A stretch of 64,000 nucleotides of DNA from Styela clava (lineage: Eukaryota), in contig NC_135250.1 in the NCBI RefSeq assembly GCF_964204865.1, positions 9,052,001 through 9,116,000 of the forward strand, in the 5' to 3' direction. The notes under the pieces were generated by a model, which saw only the letters and a list, made by a program, of their open reading frames with translations, was not told the origin of the DNA and did no database searches. Every line of letters starts with the position of its first letter. The stretch's first letter is position 1. Positions 51,883 through 64,000 of this stretch are shown here, in pieces. The position numbers and the translations under genes were made by a program.

Positions 51883-52384
51883 ATGGACCTCTCCCCGACC
51901 TTTGACCCCCGAAAAATTCTTCCTATACTTTACCATTGCAAAATTTTCGGGGTTATTTCAAGAGTGCTTTTGAGAGTTGGCGCCTGTGAAATGGGGTATG
52001 TGTTTCAAACCATCATTATGATTTATCGCATACAACAACCTGTTTTTTAAAGGTACCGTTAAAGAATTTTAGCCTAGTCTATCACAGCTATTTCTACACT
52101 AATTTTTATTACTGCAATTAAATTAAAACTCCTAGGAAGACAGGGTGACCATTGAATTATCTGATTTACATTTAAGTTTCCAAAACACAACTGAAAACTA
52201 ACGAATAGAGTTCAAAAATGCGAAAACGAGGTAATGTTTACGACCACGCTTGAAAATCTGTCTGAGTGAGAAAACTGTCTGAGAGGATGCGAAAAGGAAG
52301 CATTGTTACGTCACTTTTTACAATTTGCTGATTGGCCAATGTCACGAAGTAAACAAAGAAGTCGATGCTCGGGGAAAGGTCCAT
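51883..52384. mobile_element. About 500 bp MITE, ATGGACCT...AGGTCCAT (possible AT-TSD, ISL2EU-like)
   Basis: TIRs ATGGACCTCTCCCCGA / TCGGGGAAAGGTCCAT; related copies at 27602, about 30376 and about 46985. Confidence 0.82.
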
Positions 52385-52961
52385 GGGAATATATATACTT
52401 CGTAGAAAAGTTGAAAATTTAATATACAGCAACCAACCTACCAGTGAACAAATTAAAAATTTGTTTACTTGTCCGAGATCATTACATACAGAGAAATATT
52501 TACTTTCAGCTAATATGTTATTGTCTTATAAAGGTAATATATCTACTATAAATAAAATTTAAAAATTTAATATACAGTAACCAGGTGAACAAATCAACGT
52601 AATGTGTACTAAATAATTACGCGTTTTTATTCGCCAACCCTCTTGATATTTTAATCTTTTTCTATGACGAAATAATATAAATTTCGCTACAGCGAATTCG
52701 TTTTAAAGTCAATGAAGTGTTTCGGCGGGGATATCCGAAAAGCCTTATCTTCTGTGGGCGCAAGCATTTTGATTTGTAGACGTTTTACAGACTATTTGAT
52801 CACGTTAGTCGCGAAGGGGCGAGTGCATGCTCCATAAAGCTAGAAATTCTTAAACATTTTTAGTATTTCGATTATTTTTACGAAAATATTGTTAGAGATT
52901 AGATAAAATGTGTAAAGTCTAGTATGCTAGTGCAGCAGTGTGGGCTTTCAGTGTACTGGTG

Positions 52962-53309
52962 TAGGATAGGATAGGATAGGATTTACATATTTATCCCGGG
53001 GGAGAGGAAAGCCGATAAGACGGCTTATCCATATGGCGAACCACGGCCTCTCGTCCGGTTACCATTCCAAGTCGGGTATGGGATTAGTTTTTTACTGTAT
53101 TGTTTGTTTTCGGAAGCATGGACTTGGTGGTGGAGGAAGCCGTAACCGACCAGCGGTTACGTGAACCACCCAACGACGGCGAGGAGTCCAGCAATCCTCT
53201 CGCACATAACCACCCCTGCATGGGATTCGAACCTGCGAACCCACGCAAAGTAATTAGAGGTGCGGTGGCGAGCGTATTCCTAACGCTTAGCCCGTTGAGC
53301 CACACCGCC
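52962..53309 (-). mobile_element. tRNA-derived SINE, young copy
   Basis: Nearly identical to 31303-31638; (TAGGA)4 tail on the plus strand. Confidence 0.93.
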
Positions 53310-54504
53310 GCGCCCGGTGCAAACATTGTCTGATTGTAGAAACTTCAGATGCAACTGGCGAATGTTTAGGTCACTGATATGCAAATTTTTTTTTTTTCAG
53401 AAATGTGAAATGTGACACAATACACAATTAACATATTTTTTATATTATTGTTTTGCGTGGGCACTACTGCACTAGGCACACTTAACAGATCGAGAGACAT
53501 TGTCTCATTTCTGCGTAAAAAATACAAAGAAACTCAATCTAAAAACGTCATCGAATTCATCAGGAAAAAATAATCCGATTTATCTAAGAAAAAGTTTTCT
53601 ATCGTGACCAAAAACAGCAATTTTTGTCGCCTGACGGCCACAATTAATTTAGATTAATATCGAAACAAGCATGGCGTGATATGACGCATCTGCCGTAGTG
53701 CCAGGCGCCCCTCGTTTGTGAGACACATGGAGTGTTCGTGTTTTATTGAACCAAATCACGGGACATTCTCGCGATTTGTATAGTGTACCGTACTGTATTA
53801 TTGTCACTTATGTAATCTTTTTGTATATGCAACGATACGAAGATCGATCAGGTTATAGTAGGCAATTTCCCCTATTCTCCACAGCTGGGTCATCATGTTA
53901 CGATTTCACTCTCGTAATGAGATGACGTCAGATTTAATCTTTCTATTTTCTAGGTAGCCTATAACAGTATTAGTTGTCTTGATTTTAAAGCAAGTTCGCC
54001 TTTTCTCTGATTCAAAGCCAGAATGGAAAGTCGTTCTTTTTGAACACTAAATTTTCTTGCAGTCGTTTTGATTCTCATTCCATTCATAATTCTGTATGAT
54101 TCACTTTATTTGTCGGTGAACTATGCCGTACTGCATTCTGAATTTTACCTAAAATCATATCTTTAGAACATTGAGTATAACTAATTTTGAATGTATTCGA
54201 TTTCTTCCGGGCATTCTCGGTGTTGCATCGAAATATGTAATCAAGATCTGCAGGTCATTGAAAGAAATATAAATGAAAATTCATTTCCGTCATGTAAGCA
54301 ATAATAAGGATAAGTAGAGAAAGTAGACTCAATATAATTCTTTATCTTTTTTATGCAACCCTATAGGACATAATTCAGTAATTACCTTTATTTACCAAAG
54401 ATCAGAGTTGAAAAAAATACTGAATATTGAGTGACCGATATTTTTTTATTGAAAATCATTTTTCAACAGTTCCAGAGAGTGCTTGAAGCTGGTGTGAAGA
54501 CGGT

Positions 54505-57500
54505 ATGAGACCTCAGTAAGTGTCGAAATACATTTATAATTCATTTTATACAAATTAGCTTTCGAAGGGCTTCTTCAATTGATGACTGGACATTCGTATG
54601 CGTATCTTAACCATGTTTAAATTTTAAATTATTTGAATTAATAATTTTTTTTGTTACACAAATACCATAAATAAAAAATAAGTATAAATATTTATTATAA
54701 GAATATCATTGTATTTGATTTCAGACGAACACCAGCAAAAACTCCAAGGAGAGGAACTCCTAGATCAGGAGGTCAAATGGATCCAGTTGAGGTCGGTTTC
54801 GTTTGTTTTTGATGAAGACTTTTATAGGTGTTTGTTCTTGATATGTTTGATGGATATAGTTAGATATGGTTCCTGTTCTAGAATCCTGTTGTATTTGGCT
54901 TTCTAGCATTCTGAATGGCATCATCGCCTCATAAATTGTGATTGTGATACCAATAAAAAAGGATTTTTATTTCATTAAAAAATAGAGTTTCTCAAGTGAA
55001 TCCATCTTCACCTTGCAAAATCATTTATGGTAGTTCCTAATATTGTTAGTATCGAAACGTCTGTAGCATTTGTTGGAAGTGCCCTCTTAATTTTTTGATT
55101 ATGTAGTGCAAAATTTAGTTGCATCCTCTTTCTGGAATCGTGATTCTAAGCACTGACTTTCTTTTTTACCATAACGAGTTTGGCCCCCCAAAGAAACTAA
55201 CATTCATTATGCCCAGTTCTGCCAATTTCTAATTTGATTTAATCTTTTTTAATTGCGGTCTTTTTAATTAAGGTCTGCTGCAGAGTTCGAACACTTCCCG
55301 CTGACGCAGAAGAAAGTTGTATTGAAATTAAAGATGATAAAGCTTTACGGATGTCAGCTACTGATGGAAGAGCTGTACGTAATACTCTCATAATTTAGAG
55401 TTTTTGTTCCGAGTATTATTCCCACACACTTTCTAGTAGATAACATTTGCTATTAATTATTTCGATCCGTGTCGGAGAACGTTTTATAGAAACTGTTAAC
55501 TGAAATTTCGCCAGATAACTCAATTTTAGGTACTCCTGAAGTATGCGCACCAAGATGTCGCATAACCTGAACCCTAACCTGGTACACGACCTCTGAGTTC
55601 AGGCTGTGCGCCATCTTGGTGCGCATACTTCAGGAGGTCCCAATTTTATTTGTCTTATTCTCAACAGATTGAATGCCAATTTTCAAGGATTTTTGGTGAA
55701 AACATAGGGCAAGATGGAGTATTTAATGTTGTTGCCAAACCAATGGTTGATGGGATGCTAAAGGGGAAAAATGGTGAATATTTTATATCAATTAAAACAT
55801 GTCTCTCTCCTATTACCTTCGAAAACTGATTATTTCATTAGAGCGTTGCAAGTTCAAATCTTTTTGGAGATGCATACAAGGCTTTTAAGTATAGCATATT
55901 TAGTGGCATTTTGACTTTGATCATCAAAGTCTGAGATTTTGACTTTGACTTCGATCAACAAAATTGATGACTATAACTTCACTCCCGCTGAATACGTGCC
56001 TCCTTGTTATGTGGTTCAAACAATCCGTAGTTCGTGTATGTGAAACTATTATATTAATGGCCACTAAATTTTTTCAAGTTCATGTATACACTATGCAGTA
56101 GAGATTTTTATGTGAATATTTATTTCCGTTTCAGGCCTTTTGTTCACATATGGAGTTACCAGCTCAGGAAAGACATACACTATGACAGGGACAGTCGATA
56201 ACCCTGGCTTTTTACCAAGAAGCTTGGACATGCTCTTCAATTCATTGGAGGGAGTGCTTGCAACAAAATATGTAATTTGCATTCATTTTTATTTGAATTG
56301 CTTTCAAAACTGGATCAGAAAATTACAAAAATGATAATGTTTGTTTAGTCAAAATAAATAAATTCAATAAATAACTTTGCTTTGTAGAAAAAATATTTTA
56401 TTTGATGTGTTGTCTATTATCTTACACAAATAAATAAAGATTATGCACTGTGAAGGGGCGAACAACTGAAATATAGGCTAAGTTTGTTGAATTTGAGAAA
56501 TTTCAGATTTTGGGGAGAATTCGAAAAAGCTCTCTAGAGCTTGCCATTTGAAGCAATGAATATCTACCAATCATACTTAAAAATATACTTTGCAGCATTT
56601 TCATAAACTTGAAAACTTTATTTTTTCAGTCGTTCATCCCTGATAACATGAATGGTTTCTCCGTACAACCTGAAGCCGATGCAATGCTGGAAAAACAAGA
56701 AAGAGAAATTTTACCAAGGACAACAACACCCATGAAAACACCAAATAAGTAAGTCACAAAAAAAGTAACCCTGACTCAGTCATTTTTTTTTCTTCTTAAA
56801 ATAGAAGTGTATAATCAAATTTATTCTGTGCAATTAAATTCTCAAATGTCACTAATTATAGTAATGATGATGACTTTTTTCAATGTTTATGTATATACAT
56901 TGAAGATGCATGCTTCAGGGCAGGGGTCGGCAACCCCTGGCACGCGTGCCAATTGTGACACGCGAGAGGATTTCTCATGGCACGCCAAGTGATTTGATGC
57001 AGATCAGATATTTATTTTAGTTGTTCTACCAAAATTCTACATTTGAACAAAAATTAACAATTCGACAAATCCTTTGAAAAAACATGTAATGTTTAACTGC
57101 AACGACGGAAAGCCGAAATTGTTGCCACTTTTCGTTACTTTCGGAAAAGCGATGGATCAGAGGCCTGAATCTGTACGGGATTTCAGTGTAGATAAGCATA
57201 TGCGGTGCAGCGGTGCCAGATTTGGCTACTTTCAGAAACGCTTCACTACCTGAAACTACTCGTTCACCCACTAGCAACTTTTTATACTATTGTTGGGTTA
57301 CTTTTTGCCCTTTGATAATCGTGAAATATTGAATATTATTACATCAATTCATACCATTCCAGCAAAAAGTTGTACGAATCGCCGATTATTTTTGTCAGCG
57401 TGACGTGTTATTTTGACCGTAGACACTTTTAAGTCAGTGTTTATTCTCCCAGAATCACAAAAAGTATTTCACGTCAACGATAATAACTATTTTCTTTTTG

Positions 57501-60500
57501 TATTCGCCCAGATTTGTGAATTGGCTGAGAGTTATTACCGGTATACAATAATCGGCAGCGAGTTGCTAAAGTCCAAAAGGAGTGGAGCAGCGACACAAAT
57601 TTTTTTATTGAAAAGTGGCAATATAAAATACTGAAAATAAAACAGTAAATAATTTGTTGTACGAGGCCCGTGACAGATTAAAAAAGCTTCTTTAAGCATT
57701 GTAAATTGCAAAATTTCGTGTGCCTATTGCACACATAAGTTTGAGCGGCATTGAGAATCATAAGGCCATTAGAATAGGAACAATTACTTTAAATTGCCGT
57801 TGGGAATTTTCGTGTTAATATTATACAATTCATATTATAAGTTTGGAAACGCGACTTTTTCCCCGAGTCGTGTTGAGATATAAGATAATTAATTAAAGTA
57901 TATTCAATCAATTTTTATTGTACCAAAATAAATTTTACTCCGTGAGCTTTTATAGCAGATATTAGGATTTTTTTAACGGTTTCATCATCGAAAACAAAAT
58001 CTGGGTGGCAGCATTGCGATAGAGCGGAGTCATTTTTGCAAGTACAGCTCAGATTTGTCAAATTCGCAAAATTGGAAAAATACGGATCAAAACTAGATAT
58101 AACCGGGAAGTTTACCACACATTTTTATTTCCGCGGATTGATGTGGTATTTTAGGGTACTGATGCGTATGCGTTTATATTGTCGACGCAACTGCAGGTTA
58201 AATTGAAGACAAGTAAATTATAATATAGCAAGACATTTTAAATATGGCCGTATCGGTCATGGATTGATTACTTTGCACAACAGAAAAATCATTATATATT
58301 ATCCGTCGAAAAAGACGTGGGGATTTCGAGGCGATAAATATGTATTTTTGATTTACTGATATACTTTATATGTATTTAATTGTACTCTACGAGATTTTAC
58401 AGATCTTGAGATTTTTCTAGCGGCGATAACGAATTCGCAAGATCACAAAAAAGTATCGAAACTAAATACACTCAGGCATGTTTATCTCATATTTTATACG
58501 TCAACAGATTGAGCGGTATTTTAGACTAGTAATGTTTATATTTTGACGCAAGAAGACGCATCCGCGAGTTACGTTGGACCCAATTATATCAAGATAGAAG
58601 GGAATTTTATAGATTCTCGTAGCTGTCATGAATTGATTATTTTACGCGACTAATAAGTCGGTATACGCTAAAAAAGTCGGTTATTTTTACGAGCGTGTAA
58701 TCACGGCGACTGTTTCAGAAGGGAAAGGAAATTTCCCTTGGAAATAGGAAATATGCAAACCACATAAAAATGTTTGGCATGCGCAGGTGCTCATTATTCA
58801 TAAAATGGCACGCAGAGTTCAAAAGGTTGCCGACCCCTGCTTTAGGGCAACGGTGCACAACCTGCGGCCGTCGTGAATAAATAATGCGGCCGTCCACAAT
58901 ACTCCACATACAAAATCCTATTGACCAAAAAAAAGTCCAAAATATAGGATTTGGCGGCTATGTTGGCGTATATTGGAGCAAAACAGAGGTACTGCAAAAA
59001 AGGATGGTATATTTGCTGTTGGGGATTTTCCTTCACGGTTCAGATTGACCACGCGTTTGCCAGCATAGCAACGTAGCAAGCTAGCCTAGCAAGGCATCCG
59101 CAGCTTGAAGTACCGGGTACCTGGAGAATTAGTACCGAACCAGATTGTTAGACGCCAATCTGGAGTCTGAACAAAGGCTGATGGTATCCAGCCAGTTACC
59201 TGACTTTGCAAGTTTATCTGCCCACATGCAAGACCAAGGGAGACCAAGATTGAATTGCTACAATGCTTTGCAAACTTTATAGAATAAATTCATTAAAATA
59301 TTTGACATTTTATTATACTTTTGGGGACAAGAAAATGGGGGTCTCCCCCCTCCCGGACTTTGGTGGATTTTTTTCAAAATTGTGCAACCATTATGCAACT
59401 TGCTGCAATATATCTGCTCAAGAATAGGTCCACCGAAAAGAAAAATCCGTTTAAAATGCGATTATTATACTTCCAAGTAGTCCTACATAATTCATAATTG
59501 GGCAAACTGCACATCACATGTGTCAAATACGCGGTCATGATGTCATAAAAGCCAAAAAAAATTTGCACGCTTTGGACACGCTCATCAGTTCTCTGGAGGC
59601 CGTATTGAATAGAAATAAATGCAATGTGGCCGCCAATAGCAAAAAGGTTGTGCACCCCTGCTTTAGGGTTATGGATTATTCACAAAGTTTATATTTTATT
59701 TTTGAATATTTTAATTCATATTGGTGAAGTTAGCAGAAAGTTTGTGGCATATGCCAATTTTATACTTCATGAAATATAACATTGATTACTCTTGTCCCTT
59801 CAAAAAAGGTTTCAGTCACCCAATCCAGCTGGCTGTGAGCTGCCACTCGTATACAGTCAGTGCACCTTCCAGGCAAAATGGCAGGAACTACTTAACTCTC
59901 TCATCACTATTATTCTTTATAGTCTTAGTAGCGCTTGGTATTTTATTGGTCAACCTAACGTCACTTTTATATTTTTTTATTGTAACAAAACAATACCTTA
60001 AAATTACGCAGAGGTCAATCTCTTATGAGTGAGTGCGCGTGACCTTGTCTTTTTAAACCAAACTTTTCATGAATTTCATTCAAGCCTAATTCTTTAAAAT
60101 CTTTTTTTTCTGTTTTAGGAGCAGAAATCGTCCAGACCTTCGATACGAGATAGATTATTGCAGATCAGAACATGTGAATTCAGACATGAGATATGCTGTT
60201 TTCATTTCCTATGTTGAAATATATAATGATTATGTTTATGATTTATTGGAAGATATACAATATGATCCGTTCAGTAGACCAAAGTAAGTGATTACCTTTT
60301 GATCATTTTTTGTATACGATTTGGATTCTTTTTATATTTGATTAGTACAAATTATTGCTCAATATTTACTTAGACCTCCGCAATCCAAAAGACTCCGAGA
60401 AGACAAAAAACACAATATGTTTGTTTATGGAGTAACAGAAGTTGAAATAACAACAACAGAAGAAGCTTTCAGTGTTTTTAAAAGAGGTAAATCTATATTA

Positions 60501-63500
60501 CTGTTATTTAACACTCATTTTCTGTGATGTACTTGTTGCGTGTAGTTTTATTTTTCGTTCAAAATATGCTACGTTACTCTAAGATGCGTTGGGGTATGAA
60601 TTAGGACAGGGTTTTTATAATGGGTGCTTGGGCACCCAAGCGACCACGGAGGTTTCGCCATGTAGGCTACTTCTCAATAATTAATTTCAATCAAATTAAC
60701 TGTGAATTGTTTAATTCAAATTTGCCCATTATCAATAAACATAGAAAAAAGAATAACTGATATGAACTTATCAAAAACTAAACTAGGTAAACAGGGGCCC
60801 ACAGAGTATTCAGAGTCTTTTTATGGGAGCCATGGGTCATAAAAGTTCGAGAACCACTGAATTAGCAATCTAAACAAAAATTACTTTTATTTTACTTTTT
60901 GCAATCTTTGTGCAGGTCAAGAAAGGCGACGAATTGCACACACGCAACTTAATGCTGAGTCAAGTCGTTCTCACAGTATTTTTAACATAAGACTTGTCCA
61001 AGCACCTTTAGACCCTCTCGGAGAAGATCTGTTACAGGTACTTGCATATCTTAGCTTTAGATACTGTAAATTGTATCATATCACCATTTCACTAAGAATA
61101 ATGGAAGTTTCAGAATATTTTTGGTAACTTAGCCAAATAGCCAGTCGATAATCTGAATATTTTGCTACTTGTCATTCGCCCGATGTCAGGGACGTTTTAG
61201 GCTAAAAGTACTTTTTCCATGTAATTGTAGTTTATTACCTTAAATCTTTAAATGCAAAGCTTCTCAGTTCAATTATAGCTCTAAATTATGCAGTAGGCTA
61301 CTAAGATAACAAGCCATTTTGCTGTTTCTTCCCTTTTGGTTCACTTTACCCCATAATGGGGTGGTGGATGAACTAGCCAGGCCCCGAATCCGAGATCTCT
61401 GATATTAATTTGCTGCCTTATTCTGTTGAACCAACAATAATTCTTTATTGAATACAAATCTTCAGGACAAAAGTTTGATATGCGTCAGCCAATTATCATT
61501 GGTCGATCTAGCAGGAAGTGAACGACTTGCTCGTACTGGTGCTGGAGGAGAGAGATTAAGAGAGGCTGGAAATATTAATAGTTCTCTGATGACTTTGAGA
61601 AGGTAATTAATCAATTTTGTGTTTTATAATATTCTGCATTTTTTATCTTTATGTAATGGAAATAAAGATGTGCTTATCTGAGTAGTTTGGTAATATAGAA
61701 TATAATCTCGGAATGATCAAATGTTGAAATTTTATTTATTGAAATCCTCTAGCCATAATTATGCGGGCCTTGTATTCGATTGGCATAGGGCAGGGGTTCC
61801 CCAACCGTGGCCCGCGGGCCAAATGCGGCCCGTGTAACGATTTAAAATGGCTCACCGAGCTCAGGTAAAATAGTGTTTAACAGATTTTGTTTGCGTTATG
61901 AAAACTAGACTTAGTAAACAGACATTTTTTGGCAACGGCGGTAAATCCACTGAATCCCAGCTAAACAGTCGCGCACTTTTGGCCGCTAGACTCTCCGACC
62001 CGTGAACATCCTTCCGATTCTAATTTTGGCCCACAGCCAATAAAGTATGAGAACCCCTGGCATAGAGAATGAGGTTCCCAAACCTTCCCAACACTGGACA
62101 CATTTATTTTCTGTAATACAAATCACAAGCATTAAAAAAATCCACTTTATTTGCTTTAAATAATGACACGAGAAGTAAAATATGCAATGTGATGTGTAAG
62201 CTTGTTTTTAGCGACCATATCAGGACTGAATGTTCTTGTAGTCTTATAGCTTTATAGTACTTTTGTCTTGTTGTTCAGTTTTAAACAGCCCTGATTTTTT
62301 TTGTCAAGTTTCAAACTTGGGCAGATAAGGTGTATTTTTTAGGAATAAGTGAGTCAATATTTGGAAACACGATCAAAATTATCTTCTAATCATACTAAGT
62401 TTTGAACATGGGCAGACGAGAATTATTTTTAAGAAATAGATTGCTATTTTGCAACATAATTAAAATTATCTTCCAATTATATCTTCAATATTCTTGTAAA
62501 TTCAGATGTCTTGAGCAGCTTAGGGAAAATCAGAGAAATAATGGTCAAGAAATGGTGATATACAGAAATTCTAAAGTCACACATTTGTTCAAAATGTATT
62601 TTGAAGGAAGAGGACAAGTCAAAATGGTTGTCTGTGTAAACCCAAACATTAGGGAATACGATGAGAATGTGGTAAGTTTTAGGTTTTTTGTTAAATAAAA
62701 TTTTACCATGGCTGTAAATGTATTTGAAAATGTAATGAATCATTTCATGTTCCAACTCAAATTTGAGATTTCAATCATATTTAAAAGTTTCAAAGTACCT
62801 TGACAGGTACTAATAAACGGGAATTTTTTGAATTGTGATTAGTTTGATATAAATCATGCCTCAGTGTGGATAGCTTTTTATATGGCTTGTTTGACAATAG
62901 GATTTAACCAGCGTAGAAGTCACAGGAGGGAGGAGTCATAGTAATGTTTTTAACTATCAGACACCTCATGGACACTTCATCCCCGAAACCCTCAGGCTGC
63001 ACCCTTGAATACAACATTGTATTACCTCTCTATACAGCATGTTATGCAGTTTGCTGAAATGGCTCAACAAGTTGAAGTCGTTCGAGCAGAGGAATTCCAC
63101 CTTGACAGAGAAAGTATCAGAAAGAAAGCTGAAGAAGCAAAGAAAAAGGCAGAGGAAGAAAGACGAAGAGAGATGACGGCTGCTAGGAAATTAAACAATG
63201 AACTTGCAGGTTACTATGAATCTTGGAACTAGAGGGCTAGATATTCTGTGGCCTCAGCTCTGACAACAGAGCTTACACTGCTGGAGTAATATATGGAATA
63301 ATTTAAATCAATGTTTATTCATTTAATCATTATGAACTTGCAACAAAACTAACAAAATTTTGTTATATTTGTTCAGTGAAGTTTTATCTGAATCCGAATT
63401 AATTTTTATTAATATTAGTTAATGACATAGCAATTTCTTAATCGTGCACAATGTTCATAAAGTCCTGTATTAAATTTGCTAAAAAACTTTTTATGTGCTT

Positions 63501-63958
63501 CATGCAATTAATGGTGGGCATATGAGGGAATATTAAATGAAGTGAAAAAGCTTGAATAAACGCTGAAAAAAAAATTAAAAAAATTTGGTTAAAATATATT
63601 GGGAGAGACGTAAGGCCAAATTTTGAAATCGTAACATGAATTGTACCTGTACTTCAAAACAGTGTGTTTTCTAGCCTCTTTTTATTCTATCCAGGAAATG
63701 CATTATATCAACGTGGAAAAAAGAAATGTCGACGCAATCTTTCGGTAACTTCGCAGTCAAGCGACACTACAGATATCACAGGTATTTTTAAAAACATGCT
63801 TCTCTATTTGTTGTCGTTATTTTCGATCCGAAGAAACACCTTTTTCTTTTTTACAGAGCCAGAGACTACCCCTCTCTGGATAGCCCCCGATTTTAGCCTC
63901 GGACCGCCATTTCCAAACTTGGGAGTTGTTGACCTTGCTGATGAAAATACCATTCCAG
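54505..63958 (+). CDS. KIF23: Kinesin-6 KIF23/MKLP1, partial (continues beyond the window)
   Basis: Exons 54505-54515, 54725-54791, 55273-55374, 55668-55773, 56135-56271, 56630-56748, 60119-60283, 60374-60486, 60916-61037, 61466-61602, 62506-62671, 63038-63209, 63695-63781, 63857-63958. P-loop GVTSSGKT, kinesin-6 loop-6 insert ([14 protein letters not shown]), [42 protein letters not shown]. Confidence 0.95.
55529..55640. mobile_element. 112 bp palindromic MITE with 8 bp TSD
   Basis: Perfect TSD CAATTTTA; TIRs GGTACTCCTGAAGTATGCGCACCAAGATG / CATCTTGGTGCGCATACTTCAGGAGGTCC; internal ACCCTAACC. Confidence 0.9.
56921..58839. mobile_element. 1.9 kb non-autonomous hAT (Buster-type) element in KIF23 intron 6
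   Basis: TIRs CAGGGGTCGGCAACC / GGTTGCCGACCCCTG; TSD cttcaggg/ctttaggg. Confidence 0.9.
58848..59660. mobile_element. Second hAT element inserted at the same target site
   Basis: TIRs CAACGGTGCACAACCT / AGGTTGTGCACCCCTG; perfect TSD CTTTAGGG (58840-58847, 59661-59668). Confidence 0.88.
60607..60859. mobile_element. hAT (Buster-type) MITE, diverged
   Basis: CAGGGTTTTTATAA / TTCGAGAACCACTG; TSD aattagga/aattagca. Confidence 0.72.
61791..62059. mobile_element. hAT (Buster-type) MITE
   Basis: TIRs CAGGGGTTCCCCA / TGAGAACCCCTG; GGCCCGCGGGCC; TSD gcataggg/gcatagag. Confidence 0.85.
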
Positions 63959-64000
63959 GTGAGCAATGTTTTGTTGCTGACTGAGATGACCAAAAAAATA

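Noticed and set aside
53900-54200. CRE and CHR-like (TTTGAA) motifs upstream of KIF23
   Set aside because: Short motifs are expected by chance in AT-rich DNA and the TSS is unknown.

Overview
AT-rich eukaryotic (animal) genomic DNA with short GT-AG introns. Chordate-like proteins, compact genes and splice acceptors just upstream of start codons suggest an ascidian/tunicate, but this is inference and was not verified. Eight genes were reconstructed by hand with consistent exon phases: a kelch-repeat protein (+, 3055-11669), Sesquipedalian/PHETA (+, 16188-18927), FBXL6 (-, 21132-22586), an intronless DCAF1 (+, 33692-38002), HDDC2 (-, 39586-42329), intronless COX11 (-, 42570-43415), KLHL10 (+, 44527-50973) and KIF23 (+, from 54505, running off the window). 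Introns and intergenic DNA are full of non-autonomous transposons: a tRNA-derived SINE (6 copies), about 11 Buster-type hAT elements with nnnTAnnn target duplications, several other MITE families, Helentron-like elements and a 4.8 kb element with P-like transposase remnants. Best leads: (1) a candidate COX11-HDDC2 operon or shared transcript, with HDDC2 carrying a putative mitochondrial presequence; (2) the 4.8 kb two-gene element with mixed direct and inverted subterminal repeats; (3) a kelch propeller whose last blade is split by about 300 aa; (4) a lineage-specific ER/K helix in the KIF23 neck; (5) a possible orphan gene downstream of FBXL6. Homology calls come from recalled protein sequences; no database search was run.
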